Assembly (NCBI GenBank): GCA_964562085.1
Contig: CAZLRS010000001.1
Location: forward strand, 1 to 32,928
Origin: an uncultured Gammaproteobacteria bacterium
GTDB lineage: Bacteria > Patescibacteriota > Patescibacteriia > 2-01-FULL-39-33
Direction: 5' to 3'
Length of the DNA stretch: 32,928 bases
Shown here piece after piece: positions 1-7,237 of the stretch. The translations under genes were made by a program, and so were the position numbers. Each line of letters begins with the position of its first letter. Within the stretch, counting starts at the first letter, position 1. A model generated the notes under the pieces. It saw only the letters and a list, made by a program, of their open reading frames with translations, was not told the DNA's origin and made no database searches.

Positions 1-1
1 T

Positions 2-1012
2 TTGAAAAATAATTTCAAAGTCGGCGACATTGTGGCGAGCCCGCACGAATTTAACAAAAGAACCAAGCCGATTATCGGTTTGGACAGCAACATTTTTAAT
101 CCGGTGAAAGCGTCCAATCAAAGCAACGCCGATTGCGAGAATAAAAAATTGAAAGCCGCTTTTGTGCTGGTCGCGAAAAAAGATTACACTCAGGCGCAAG
201 TTGACGAACTAAATCAGATCAAAGAACGGGTTCAGGAAAATTTTAAATTCGCCACCGACGGTTTGGCGCAATTGGATACGAGTTTTCCGCTGGTGATTTT
301 AAATGATGACAAATATCTATTGTTTAATGACGTCAAAGACGGGCAGGACAAGCCGGATAACGAAGCGATTAATATTTTCTACGATAAATATCCGGATAAT
401 TTTGATTTTATCATCCTTTATAATAATTGGGTTTTGAACGAGCCGGTGATCGCCCGATATTTAATGTTAACGAATGATTTTATCGGCACCGGCAACAACC
501 GAATAAATCTCGCTCATATTTTCGGCAGCCGCGGCAAATTAAAAGGCGTGGCCAATATGGGCAATTTAAACAAATACAGCACGGAAAATGACGGGACATT
601 GGATTCCTCGGCAAATTTTGTCTTACATGAAATCGCCCATCAGTGGAGCGCCCGCGCTTATTTTATGGAAAACGGGAAAGTTAATAAATCGTTTTTGACC
701 GGCGATAATTTTGACCACTGGAGCTTGTACGCCGATTTTAATTCGCCTTTGGGCGGCCGGGGTTGGCAAGATAACGGCGATGGCACGTATACCAACAAGC
801 TCACATTAATGTCCAATCAATATAAATTAAAATACGCTGACTTGGATTTGTATTTTATGGGGCTTTTGCCCAAGCAAGTTATCAAGCCGCAAAAATATCT
901 GGCGCCCGATATCGCCGGCGATTTAAGCAACACGCTGAAAGGCGCGTTGAAAGAAGTGCCGATTGAAAAATTCGTTGAAGCCATGGGGGAGTGGAAATGC
1001 TATTTAAAGTAA
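2..1012 (+). CDS. HExxH metallopeptidase-like protein, 5'-partial (continues upstream of window)
   Basis: Frame is open from base 2 to TAA 1010-1012. It contains VLHEIAHQW (HExxH zinc-site signature) and a downstream DHW. The TTG at base 2 is probably internal. Family not recognised. Confidence 0.6.
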   Translation: MKNNFKVGDIVASPHEFNKRTKPIIGLDSNIFNPVKASNQSNADCENKKLKAAFVLVAKKDYTQAQVDELNQIKERVQENFKFATDGLAQLDTSFPLVILNDDKYLLFNDVKDGQDKPDNEAINIFYDKYPDNFDFIILYNNWVLNEPVIARYLMLTNDFIGTGNNRINLAHIFGSRGKLKGVANMGNLNKYSTENDGTLDSSANFVLHEIAHQWSARAYFMENGKVNKSFLTGDNFDHWSLYADFNSPLGGRGWQDNGDGTYTNKLTLMSNQYKLKYADLDLYFMGLLPKQVIKPQKYLAPDIAGDLSNTLKGALKEVPIEKFVEAMGEWKCYLK

Positions 1013-1019
1013 AAGAAAT

Positions 1020-1679
1020 ATGCCGCATCAAATTGTTAATCCCAGAATTAAAAAATTGCCGGTTTATAAGACAAAAAGATTGTTTGATATAATTTTTGCT
1101 TTTGTTTTTTTATTGATTGCCAGTCCAATTTTCATTTTTATTTTAGCCCTGATTTTTGTTGAGCATATTTGCCGAGGCGATTTATTTGCTCCTTTATTTT
1201 ATCGCGAGATTAGGATTTCTCGCGGCGACAATTTCTATCTGATTAAGTTTAATATTTTTAATCCTAAAGTAATTGAAACAATGCGGGAAAATCATCAGTT
1301 TATCGCCACCAAAGACATTGAAAAAGACCAGCGCAATTTAATTAAAGTCGGTTATTTTCTTAAACAGATATATTTAGATGAATTGCCGCAACTCATTAAT
1401 ATCTTAATAGGCGATTTAAGCGTGGTCGGACCGCGACCGGTAAACATAAAGGTTTATCAAAAAACATTAGCCCGAGGCATTGCCAATAAGACCATTATTA
1501 AGGCTGGACTCACCGGCGCTTACCAGTCGTTTAAGGGTTTGACTAAAAAAACTGATGTGGAATTGGATGGAGAATACATTGATTTTTATCGTCAAAATTC
1601 TCCCGGGAAAGTTTTATTACTTGATTTAAAAATCATTATTCGCACAATTCGGATTTTGTTTCGGGCGCAAGGATTATAA
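1020..1679 (+). CDS. Bacterial sugar transferase (polyprenyl-phosphate hexose-1-phosphate transferase family, WbaP/WcaJ/PglC-like)
   Basis: 219 aa with an N-terminal TM helix (FDIIFAFVFLLIASPIFIFILALIF). It carries the family-diagnostic DELPQLINILIGDLSVVGPRP motif. Confidence 0.85.
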   Translation: MPHQIVNPRIKKLPVYKTKRLFDIIFAFVFLLIASPIFIFILALIFVEHICRGDLFAPLFYREIRISRGDNFYLIKFNIFNPKVIETMRENHQFIATKDIEKDQRNLIKVGYFLKQIYLDELPQLINILIGDLSVVGPRPVNIKVYQKTLARGIANKTIIKAGLTGAYQSFKGLTKKTDVELDGEYIDFYRQNSPGKVLLLDLKIIIRTIRILFRAQGL

Positions 1680-1693
1680 AACGAAATTAACCG

Positions 1694-1722
1694 TTGACAA
1701 TTTATTAAATGTGATATAGGAT
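1694..1722 (+). promoter_or_regulatory. Candidate sigma70-type promoter of the tRNA-Pro transcription unit
   Basis: TTGACA 1694-1699, 17-nt spacer, TAGGAT 1717-1722. It lies directly after the sugar transferase stop and upstream of the tRNA leader. Confidence 0.4.
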
Positions 1723-1742
1723 ATTTAGAGTTGTTGGATTAA

Positions 1743-1879
1743 GTTAATTGTTAACTGTTAATTGTTAAAAGTTATCATCGGGGTGTAGCTCCAATTAACA
1801 GTTAACAGTTAACAATTAACAATTAACCGTTAACTATTAGTTGTTAATAGTTAATTGTTAAAAGTTAATAGTTATTATC
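1743..1879. repeat. AT-rich inverted-repeat block built from GTTAA/TTAAC words in the tRNA-Pro leader; contains a 13-nt orphan copy of the tRNA 5' end (1779-1791)
   Basis: Arm 1743-1764 (GTTAATTGTTAACTGTTAATTG) is complementary to 1792-1820, with a 7-nt bulge. A second perfect 10-bp hairpin is TTAACTATTA-GTTGT-TAATAGTTAA at 1830-1854. Leader string GTTAATTGTTAAAAGTTA plus ATCGGGGTGTAGCTC is present at 1757-1791 and at 1850-1892. Confidence 0.8.
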
Positions 1880-1952
1880 GGGGTGTAGCTCAGTTGGCTA
1901 GAGCGCACGCTTCGGGTGCGTGAGGTCGCCCGTTCAAGTCGGGTCACCCCGA
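1880..1952 (+). tRNA. tRNA-Pro: tRNA-Pro (anticodon CGG)
   Basis: Cloverleaf folded by hand. Acceptor CGGGGTG/CACCCCG; D arm GCTC-AGTTGGCTA-GAGC; anticodon arm CACGC-TTCGGGT-GCGTG (anticodon CGG). Variable loop AGGTC; T arm GCCCG-TTCAAGT-CGGGT; discriminator A. CCA is not encoded. Confidence 0.92.
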
Positions 1953-2033
1953 ATAACAAGTTTCTCGTTAGCAATTTTTGCATTTGCAATTGAGTAAGCT
2001 AAGGGCGAAGGCAGGAGCGAGCGAAGCGAGTGT

Positions 2034-2060
2034 CGCTGAAGTGCCGGGGGCACTTCAGCG
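2034..2060 (+). other. Perfect 12-bp GC-rich hairpin in the tRNA trailer
   Basis: CGCTGAAGTGCC-GGG-GGCACTTCAGCG. Pairing checked base by base. Confidence 0.7.
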
Positions 2061-2074
2061 CTGCCAGGGAACGT

Positions 2075-2098
2075 CCCGTTCAAGTCGGGTCACCCCGA
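2075..2098 (+). repeat. Orphan direct copy of the last 24 nt of tRNA-Pro (T arm through discriminator)
   Basis: CCCGTTCAAGTCGGGTCACCCCGA is identical at 1929-1952 and 2075-2098. Confidence 0.9.
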
Positions 2099-2109
2099 AA
2101 ATCAAAAAT

Positions 2110-2135
2110 CCCTCCGCGTTGCGGGGGGTTTTTAT
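2110..2135 (+). terminator. Rho-independent terminator closing the tRNA unit
   Basis: CCCTCCGC-GTT-GCGGGGGG followed by TTTTT. Near-identical core to the terminator at 19903-19924. Confidence 0.7.
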
Positions 2136-2166
2136 TGTTTCAATCCTTGTGTTATAATTAAAAAAT

Positions 2167-3003
2167 ATGAAAAAAAATCATTGCTATTTTAACGGCAAGA
2201 TTATTCCATTAAGCCAAGCCAGAATCAGCCCGTATGATTTAGGCGTTTTAAGGGGCTATGGCGTTTTTGACGTGATGCGCGCGCAAAATAACAAGCCGTT
2301 TTTAATTGCCGACCACTGGCGGCGATTTTTAAATTCCGCCAAATTTTTGAATTTACGGGTGCCGATAAATTTTGCTGATTATCAAAAGATAATTTTAAAG
2401 CTTTTAACATTGAATGGTTTTAAAAAATCGGTCATCAGAACGGTTTTAACCGGCGGCGAGAGCGCCAATGCTTTTGGTTATGAACCGGGCCGGGAAACTT
2501 TTTTTATTTTGATTGAAAAATTTGTTTCTTTGTCGGAAAAAATTTTTCAAACCGGCGCGAAAATCATTGCTCTTGACCATGCGCGGAAAATTCCCGAGGC
2601 CAAGGTAACGGATTATGTTGAAGCCATCCGAAATCAAATTAAAAAGAAAAAAGCCGGCGCGTTGGAAATTTTATATGTTAAAAACGGTTTAGTCACTGAA
2701 TGTTCCACTTCCAATATCGGCGCATTTTTCGGCGATAAATTGGTTATGCCCAAAGATAATATTTTATTCGGTATCACCAGAAAATTGATTTTAAAATTGG
2801 CGAAGCAAAGCGGTTTTAGGGTGGTGGAAAATTCGCTCGCCTTGAAATCGCTGTTAAAGGCGGATGAAGTTTTTCTTACCGCCACCAATAAAGACATTGC
2901 GCCGATCGTGAAGATTGATGGTTGGAAAATTGGTACTGGCAAAGTCGGTTGGCGGACAAAAAAAATTATGGCGTCGTTCAAAGATTTTGTGGCGAAATAT
3001 TAA
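2167..3003 (+). CDS. Class IV (fold type IV) aminotransferase; D-amino-acid or branched-chain aminotransferase not distinguishable
   Basis: 278 aa with family-typical blocks GYGVFDVMRA, RTVLTGG, ECSTSNIG and EVFLTATNKDIAPIVKIDG. An extended -10 (TGT TATAAT, 2150-2158) lies 8 nt before the ATG. Confidence 0.85.
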   Translation: MKKNHCYFNGKIIPLSQARISPYDLGVLRGYGVFDVMRAQNNKPFLIADHWRRFLNSAKFLNLRVPINFADYQKIILKLLTLNGFKKSVIRTVLTGGESANAFGYEPGRETFFILIEKFVSLSEKIFQTGAKIIALDHARKIPEAKVTDYVEAIRNQIKKKKAGALEILYVKNGLVTECSTSNIGAFFGDKLVMPKDNILFGITRKLILKLAKQSGFRVVENSLALKSLLKADEVFLTATNKDIAPIVKIDGWKIGTGKVGWRTKKIMASFKDFVAKY

Positions 3004-3044
3004 TTTTTTAAATATTTTGCGCCTAAGCCGACTGGTACCAGCTT

Positions 3045-3073
3045 TTGACAATTATCGCTTATTTTTGTATAAT
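3045..3073 (+). promoter_or_regulatory. Consensus sigma70-type promoter upstream of uppS
   Basis: TTGACA 3045-3050, 17-nt spacer, TATAAT 3068-3073. Confidence 0.6.
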
Positions 3074-3110
3074 AATTTTCAGTGCGTTAAATTATTTAAA
3101 AGTTATTTAA

Positions 3111-3797
3111 ATGCAATCCATTCAACATTTAGCCATTATCATGGATGGCAACCGGCGCTGGGCGAAACAGCGCGGTTTGTCGTCTTTGCAAGGCCATAAA
3201 GCGGGTTATGAAAAATTGAAAGCCGTCGGTGATTGGTGTTTGGCTCGGGGAATTAAAATTCTCACGGTTTTTGCTTTTTCCACCGAAAATTGGAAACGGA
3301 GCGAAGCGGAAGTTGGTTATTTAATGAAACTCTTGGAGTTCGCTTTGACCAAGGAGCTTAAGGTGTTTATAAAAAAAGGCATCCGGCTTAATATTATCGG
3401 TTTGAAATCCGGGTTGTCAAAAAAAATGCAATTGGCGGTCAAAAACGCGGAAGCGAAAACCAAAAATAACAAAAAAGGCATTTTGAATTTGGCGATTAAT
3501 TATGGCGGCCGGTTGGAGATTGTGGAAGCGATGAAAAAAATCGCGCGTCATAAAATTCCCGCGGCGAAAATTACCGAAGAATTGATTTCGCGTAATGCTT
3601 GGACCGCCGGCTTGCCGGATCCGGATTTGGTGATTCGCACTTCCGGCGAACAGCGTTTGTCCGGTTTTCTTACCTGGCAGTCGGTTTACAGCGAACTTTA
3701 TTTCATTAAAAAGCACTGGCCGGCTTTTACGGAAAAAGATTTGGACGAAGCGATTAAAGAATATAATCAACGCCATCGCCGTTTTGGTGGAAACTAA
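3111..3797 (+). CDS. uppS: Undecaprenyl diphosphate synthase (isoprenyl transferase)
   Basis: HLAIIMDGNRRWAKQRG, FAFSTENWKR, IRTSGEQRLSGFL and the RRFGG C-terminus are the classic cis-prenyltransferase signature. Confidence 0.95.
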   Translation: MQSIQHLAIIMDGNRRWAKQRGLSSLQGHKAGYEKLKAVGDWCLARGIKILTVFAFSTENWKRSEAEVGYLMKLLEFALTKELKVFIKKGIRLNIIGLKSGLSKKMQLAVKNAEAKTKNNKKGILNLAINYGGRLEIVEAMKKIARHKIPAAKITEELISRNAWTAGLPDPDLVIRTSGEQRLSGFLTWQSVYSELYFIKKHWPAFTEKDLDEAIKEYNQRHRRFGGN

Positions 3798-3828
3798 AAA
3801 CGCCCCGACAAAATCTGGGCGTTTTTTT
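3798..3828 (+). terminator. Rho-independent terminator after uppS
   Basis: AAACGCCC ... GGGCGTTT stem followed by a T7 run (3822-3828). Confidence 0.7.
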
Positions 3829-3844
3829 AAATCCTCCGTTAAAT

Positions 3845-3874
3845 TTGCCCTTAACCGGTATCTTGGGGTAGAAT
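3845..3874 (+). promoter_or_regulatory. Candidate promoter giving a leaderless rarA mRNA
   Basis: TTGCCC 3845-3850, 18-nt spacer, TAGAAT 3869-3874. The ATG at 3881 is only 6 nt downstream and no SD is present. Confidence 0.4.
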
Positions 3875-3880
3875 ACCGAT

Positions 3881-5137
3881 ATGGACCTATTTGACCAAAA
3901 ATTAGCCCGAAAATTGGCCTCAGAGGCCCCCTTGGCCGACCGGATGCGCCCTACGGCTCTGGCGGATTTTGTAGGCCAAAATGAGGTTATCGGCCCGGCC
4001 AAGCTGTTGCGCCGGCTGATTGAAAATGACGATATTCCGTCAATGATTTTTTGGGGTCCGCCCGGTTCGGGCAAAACCACGCTGGCGCGGATTATCGCCA
4101 ACCTGACCGGCTCCGAGTTCGTGTCTTTTTCCGCCGTGAGCTCGGGCGTCGGCGATTTGCGAGAAATTCTCACCGGGGCGCAAGACCGGCGGAAATTCAA
4201 CAATCGGCGCACGATTTTATTTATTGATGAAATTCATCGCTGGAATAAATCCCAGCAGGACGCGCTGTTGCCTTACGTGGAAAACGGCACTATCGCTTTA
4301 ATCGGCGCCACTACGGAAAATCCGAGTTTTGAAATCAACTCGGCCTTGCTTTCGCGCTGTCGAGTTTTTGTTTTGGAGCAATTGTCGGAAGAAAATTTGG
4401 TGGAAATTATCAAACGCGCTTTGATTGATAAAGAAAAAGGCCTGGGCAATTTTAAAATCAAAGTGGGCGAAGAAACCTTGCGTTATCTGGCGTCGCTGGC
4501 GAACGGCGACGCGCGCATCGCCTTGAACGCTTTGGAATTCGCCGCCAAGGCCACAAAACCGGATGAAAGTGGTATAATAGAACTAAGCTTGGTCGTCATC
4601 AAGCAATCGTTGCAAAAATCGCATTATTTATACGACCGCGCCGGCGAACAGCATTACAATATTATTTCCGCTCTGCACAAATCATTGCGCGGTTCGGATG
4701 CTGACGCTTCATTGTATTGGCTCGGCCGGATGATTGAAGCCGGCGAAGATCCGCTTTATGTCGCGCGCCGGCTGGTGCGTTTCGCCGCCGAGGATATCGG
4801 CTTGGCGAATTCGCGCGCGCTGGAGCAGGCGGTGGCGGGCTATCAGGCGTGCCATTTCATCGGCTTGCCGGAATGCAATGTGATTTTGGCGCAAGTTGTG
4901 GTTTATCTCGCCAAGTGTAAAAAAAGCAACGCGATTTACGAAGCGTATTCGCGCGTCCAGCAAGACGTGAAAGAAACCATGGACGAGCCGGTGCCGATTC
5001 ATTTGCGCAACGCGCCGACAAAACTGATGAAGGATTTGGGCTATGGCAAAGATTATAAATACAGCCCGAAGTTTGATTATCAAGAAGAGCAGGAATACTT
5101 GCCGAAGAAATTGAAAAATAAAAAATATTTAATATGA
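3881..5137 (+). CDS. rarA: Replication-associated recombination protein A (AAA+ ATPase RarA/MgsA)
   Basis: 418 aa with Walker A FWGPPGSGKTTLARIIA, Walker B ILFIDEIHRWNK, and the MgsA C-terminal blocks HYNIISALHKSLRGSDADASLYWLGRM and PIHLRNAPTKLMKDLGYGKDY. Confidence 0.95.
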   Translation: MDLFDQKLARKLASEAPLADRMRPTALADFVGQNEVIGPAKLLRRLIENDDIPSMIFWGPPGSGKTTLARIIANLTGSEFVSFSAVSSGVGDLREILTGAQDRRKFNNRRTILFIDEIHRWNKSQQDALLPYVENGTIALIGATTENPSFEINSALLSRCRVFVLEQLSEENLVEIIKRALIDKEKGLGNFKIKVGEETLRYLASLANGDARIALNALEFAAKATKPDESGIIELSLVVIKQSLQKSHYLYDRAGEQHYNIISALHKSLRGSDADASLYWLGRMIEAGEDPLYVARRLVRFAAEDIGLANSRALEQAVAGYQACHFIGLPECNVILAQVVVYLAKCKKSNAIYEAYSRVQQDVKETMDEPVPIHLRNAPTKLMKDLGYGKDYKYSPKFDYQEEQEYLPKKLKNKKYLI

Positions 5138-5508
5138 TCAGAGAGAAGTCGGCCGGAGTTATTATTTATCGGTTGCATCCGCAAGAAGGAACGCAATATC
5201 TCGTGTTGTATCATCGCGGGAGTTATTGGAATTTTCCGAAAGGCAAAGTGGAAGCGGGCGAGAGTGAAGCCGAGGCCGCTCTAAGGGAATTGGCCGAGGA
5301 AACGGGATTGAAAAATGTTAAATTGATTGATGGCTGGCGCCAGCAGTCCGATTTTTTCTTCAAAGAAGAACGCAATGGCAAAATTGAGTTGATAAAAAAA
5401 GATTTTGTTTTATATTTGGCTCAAGCGTCCATGGACGCTAAAGTGATTATTTCCACGGAACATAACGGCTACGGCTGGTTGGACTTTAAAACCGCGGGAA
5501 ATATCTGA
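5134..5508 (+). CDS. NUDIX hydrolase (Ap4A hydrolase-like); C-terminus appears frameshifted
   Basis: Nudix box GKVEAGESEAEAALRELAEETG. Its ATG overlaps the rarA stop (ATGA at 5134-5137). A family-like C-terminal tail continues in the -1 frame to 5576 (see findings). Confidence 0.85.
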   Translation: MIREKSAGVIIYRLHPQEGTQYLVLYHRGSYWNFPKGKVEAGESEAEAALRELAEETGLKNVKLIDGWRQQSDFFFKEERNGKIELIKKDFVLYLAQASMDAKVIISTEHNGYGWLDFKTAGNI

Positions 5509-5584
5509 AGTTTAAAAGTTTGAAAGAAATTTTGGCGGAGGCGGAATCGTTTGTTAGTAATAAGCGGAAAAGCTAACAAGTAAA

Positions 5585-5680
5585 TTTTCAATTTTATAAT
5601 TTAAAAATTTTCAAACAATTATTAAATTTTAAAATTTTAAAATTGTTTTTGACATTGAAAATTATTAAATTCTTAAATTT
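5585..5680 (+). repeat. AT-rich ~90-nt intergenic repeat, copy A (contains TTGACA 5649-5654)
   Basis: Hand alignment with 25461-25548 on the same strand. Shared blocks are TTTTCAATTTTA, AATTTTCAAACAATT and TAAAATTGTTTTTGACATTGAAAATT, then TTAAATT and TTAAATTT, with one short indel. Shorter related stretches lie at 14321-14345 and 22771-22822. Confidence 0.8.
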
Positions 5681-5688
5681 AATAAAGT

Positions 5689-5943
5689 ATGGAACAAAAA
5701 ATCGGCCGGATTTCCCATTACTTTGACAAAATCGGCGTCGGCGTGATTGAACTCACCGACGGCGGTTTGAGTGTCGGCGATAGCATCCGCGTGCAGGGGC
5801 ACGCCACCGACTTCACCCAGGTCGTTTCCGCCATGCAGATTGAGCACCAGGATGTGCCAACGGCGGAGAAGGGCCAGTCGCTCGGCTTAAAAACCGACCA
5901 ACCGGTGAAAGAAAACGACGTGGTTTACAAGGTGACGGAATAG
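5689..5943 (+). CDS. Small conserved protein resembling an EF-Tu domain-2-like beta-barrel (function unknown)
   Basis: 84-aa ORF (ISHYFDKIGVGVIELTDGGLSVGDSIRVQG ... MQIEHQDV). I remember this pattern from small elongation-factor-like proteins, but it is not verified. Confidence 0.6.
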   Translation: MEQKIGRISHYFDKIGVGVIELTDGGLSVGDSIRVQGHATDFTQVVSAMQIEHQDVPTAEKGQSLGLKTDQPVKENDVVYKVTE

Positions 5944-5945
5944 GC

Positions 5946-6506
5946 ATGGGAAAACCGAAATTATTATTGCATCTTTGTTGCGCCCCTTGTGGCGGGTTTT
6001 TGGCGTCGGCCTTGGCCGAAAATTTTGCGGTTGCCGGCTATTATGACAATTCCAATATTTATCCCGAAGAAGAATTTTTAAAAAGAAAAAATGAAGCGAA
6101 AAAGTTTTTTGCTGAATCCGGTTTGGAATTAATTGAAGCGGATTATAATCACCAGTCGTGGCTTGATTTGGTTAAGGGTTTGGAAAACGAACCGGAAAAA
6201 GGCGCGCGTTGCCGGGTTTGTTACGACTACCGTTTGCGAGCAACGGCGCGTTGCGCCAAGGATAACGGTTTTGAATATTTCGCTTCCACTTTGGCGATTA
6301 GCCCGCACAAAGACGCCCGGCCCATCAATGAACTCGGCCAGGCGATGGCCGAAGAATTCGGCATCAAGTTTTTGGCCAGCGACTGGAAAAAACAAGACGG
6401 CTTTAAAAAGGCGATGACCTTCAGCCGCGAGCGCGGATTTTATCATCAAGATTATTGCGGTTGTGAGTTTTCAGCAGTTGCGAGGAGCGAGAGGAAAGTG
6501 GTATAA
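5946..6506 (+). CDS. queH: Epoxyqueuosine reductase QueH (DUF208)
   Basis: LLLHLCCAPC at the N-terminus, CRVCYDYRL in the middle, and YHQDYCGCEFS at the C-terminus are the QueH cysteine signature. Confidence 0.9.
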   Translation: MGKPKLLLHLCCAPCGGFLASALAENFAVAGYYDNSNIYPEEEFLKRKNEAKKFFAESGLELIEADYNHQSWLDLVKGLENEPEKGARCRVCYDYRLRATARCAKDNGFEYFASTLAISPHKDARPINELGQAMAEEFGIKFLASDWKKQDGFKKAMTFSRERGFYHQDYCGCEFSAVARSERKVV

Positions 6507-6523
6507 TAATTTATGAAAACATT

Positions 6524-6856
6524 ATGACAACCGAAAAGTGGGATCAAATCAAAGGCCAAATTCAAGACGCTTTCAAAGACGTTGAAATTACCAATGAAAA
6601 ATTAGTTGAACCGGAGACAGGGGAGATGGAAACGGTTTTATTTACCGGTCCTTTGGGCAAAATGAAATTGGAATACATTTCCCGGCCGGTGGTGCTGGAT
6701 AAAATTACGCACGGCTCCCGCCGGATCGGTTCGCACACCGAAGTGGAGTATGTTTATTCCGACACCGAATTCAGCCACGAGCTCAAGGCGTCAAAATGGG
6801 ACGACGCGCAAGATGACTGGGTGCAGATTGATATGAAAGAATCGTTTAATTTGTAA
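6524..6856 (+). CDS. Hypothetical cytoplasmic protein
   Basis: 110-aa ORF preceded by an extended -10 (TGG TATAAT, 6499-6508). No recognisable motif. First gene of a tightly spaced same-strand run, 6524-9567. Confidence 0.6.
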   Translation: MTTEKWDQIKGQIQDAFKDVEITNEKLVEPETGEMETVLFTGPLGKMKLEYISRPVVLDKITHGSRRIGSHTEVEYVYSDTEFSHELKASKWDDAQDDWVQIDMKESFNL

Positions 6857-6893
6857 TTCAAATCTACCAACTGCTAACTACTAACTTCCCCAT

Positions 6894-7229
6894 ATGTTTA
6901 ACAAAAAAAATCCTCCCCAAGAATTAATTAAAAAAGGCGTTTTGGCCGGCGTGATTCAGGCCGCCTACACGCTCGCGGTCGCCGGCTTTTTCTTATGCTC
7001 CGACTCGCTCTTCCGCGAAGGGTCGCGCAGTATGATTTTCGGCATCGTGGCAATGTTAACTTTATTGGTTTTAAGCGTGGCAATTTCCGGCGCCTTGATG
7101 CTCGGTTATCCCGCTTATTATTTTTTGAAAAAGGAATTCCGCGCCGGCCTGACTTTTCTGGTTGCGGCGGTAAGCACTTTGGCGCTGATTTTTTTGGCGC
7201 TGATTTTAGGCGAAGTTTTTATTTATTAA
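6894..7229 (+). CDS. Small integral membrane protein (about 3 TM helices)
   Basis: 111 aa with three long hydrophobic stretches. The overlapping 6995-7234 ORF is Arg-rich and non-protein-like. Confidence 0.6.
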   Translation: MFNKKNPPQELIKKGVLAGVIQAAYTLAVAGFFLCSDSLFREGSRSMIFGIVAMLTLLVLSVAISGALMLGYPAYYFLKKEFRAGLTFLVAAVSTLALIFLALILGEVFIY

Positions 7230-7237
7230 TTTGAAAA

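Noticed and set aside
1743-1879. Possible CRISPR-like or tandem array upstream of the tRNA.
   Set aside because: The repeats are short GTTAA/TTAAC words in both orientations, with no regularly spaced 25-40-nt repeat or unique spacers. It is better described as inverted repeats plus a leader duplication.
2915-3199. 94-aa plus-strand ORF bridging the aminotransferase 3' end and the uppS 5' end.
   Set aside because: It is out of frame with two well-supported genes and spans the uppS promoter.
3754-4212. 152-aa minus-strand ORF.
   Set aside because: It is an antisense shadow of rarA, whose identity is unambiguous. The sequence is Arg/Ser/Pro-rich with no motifs.
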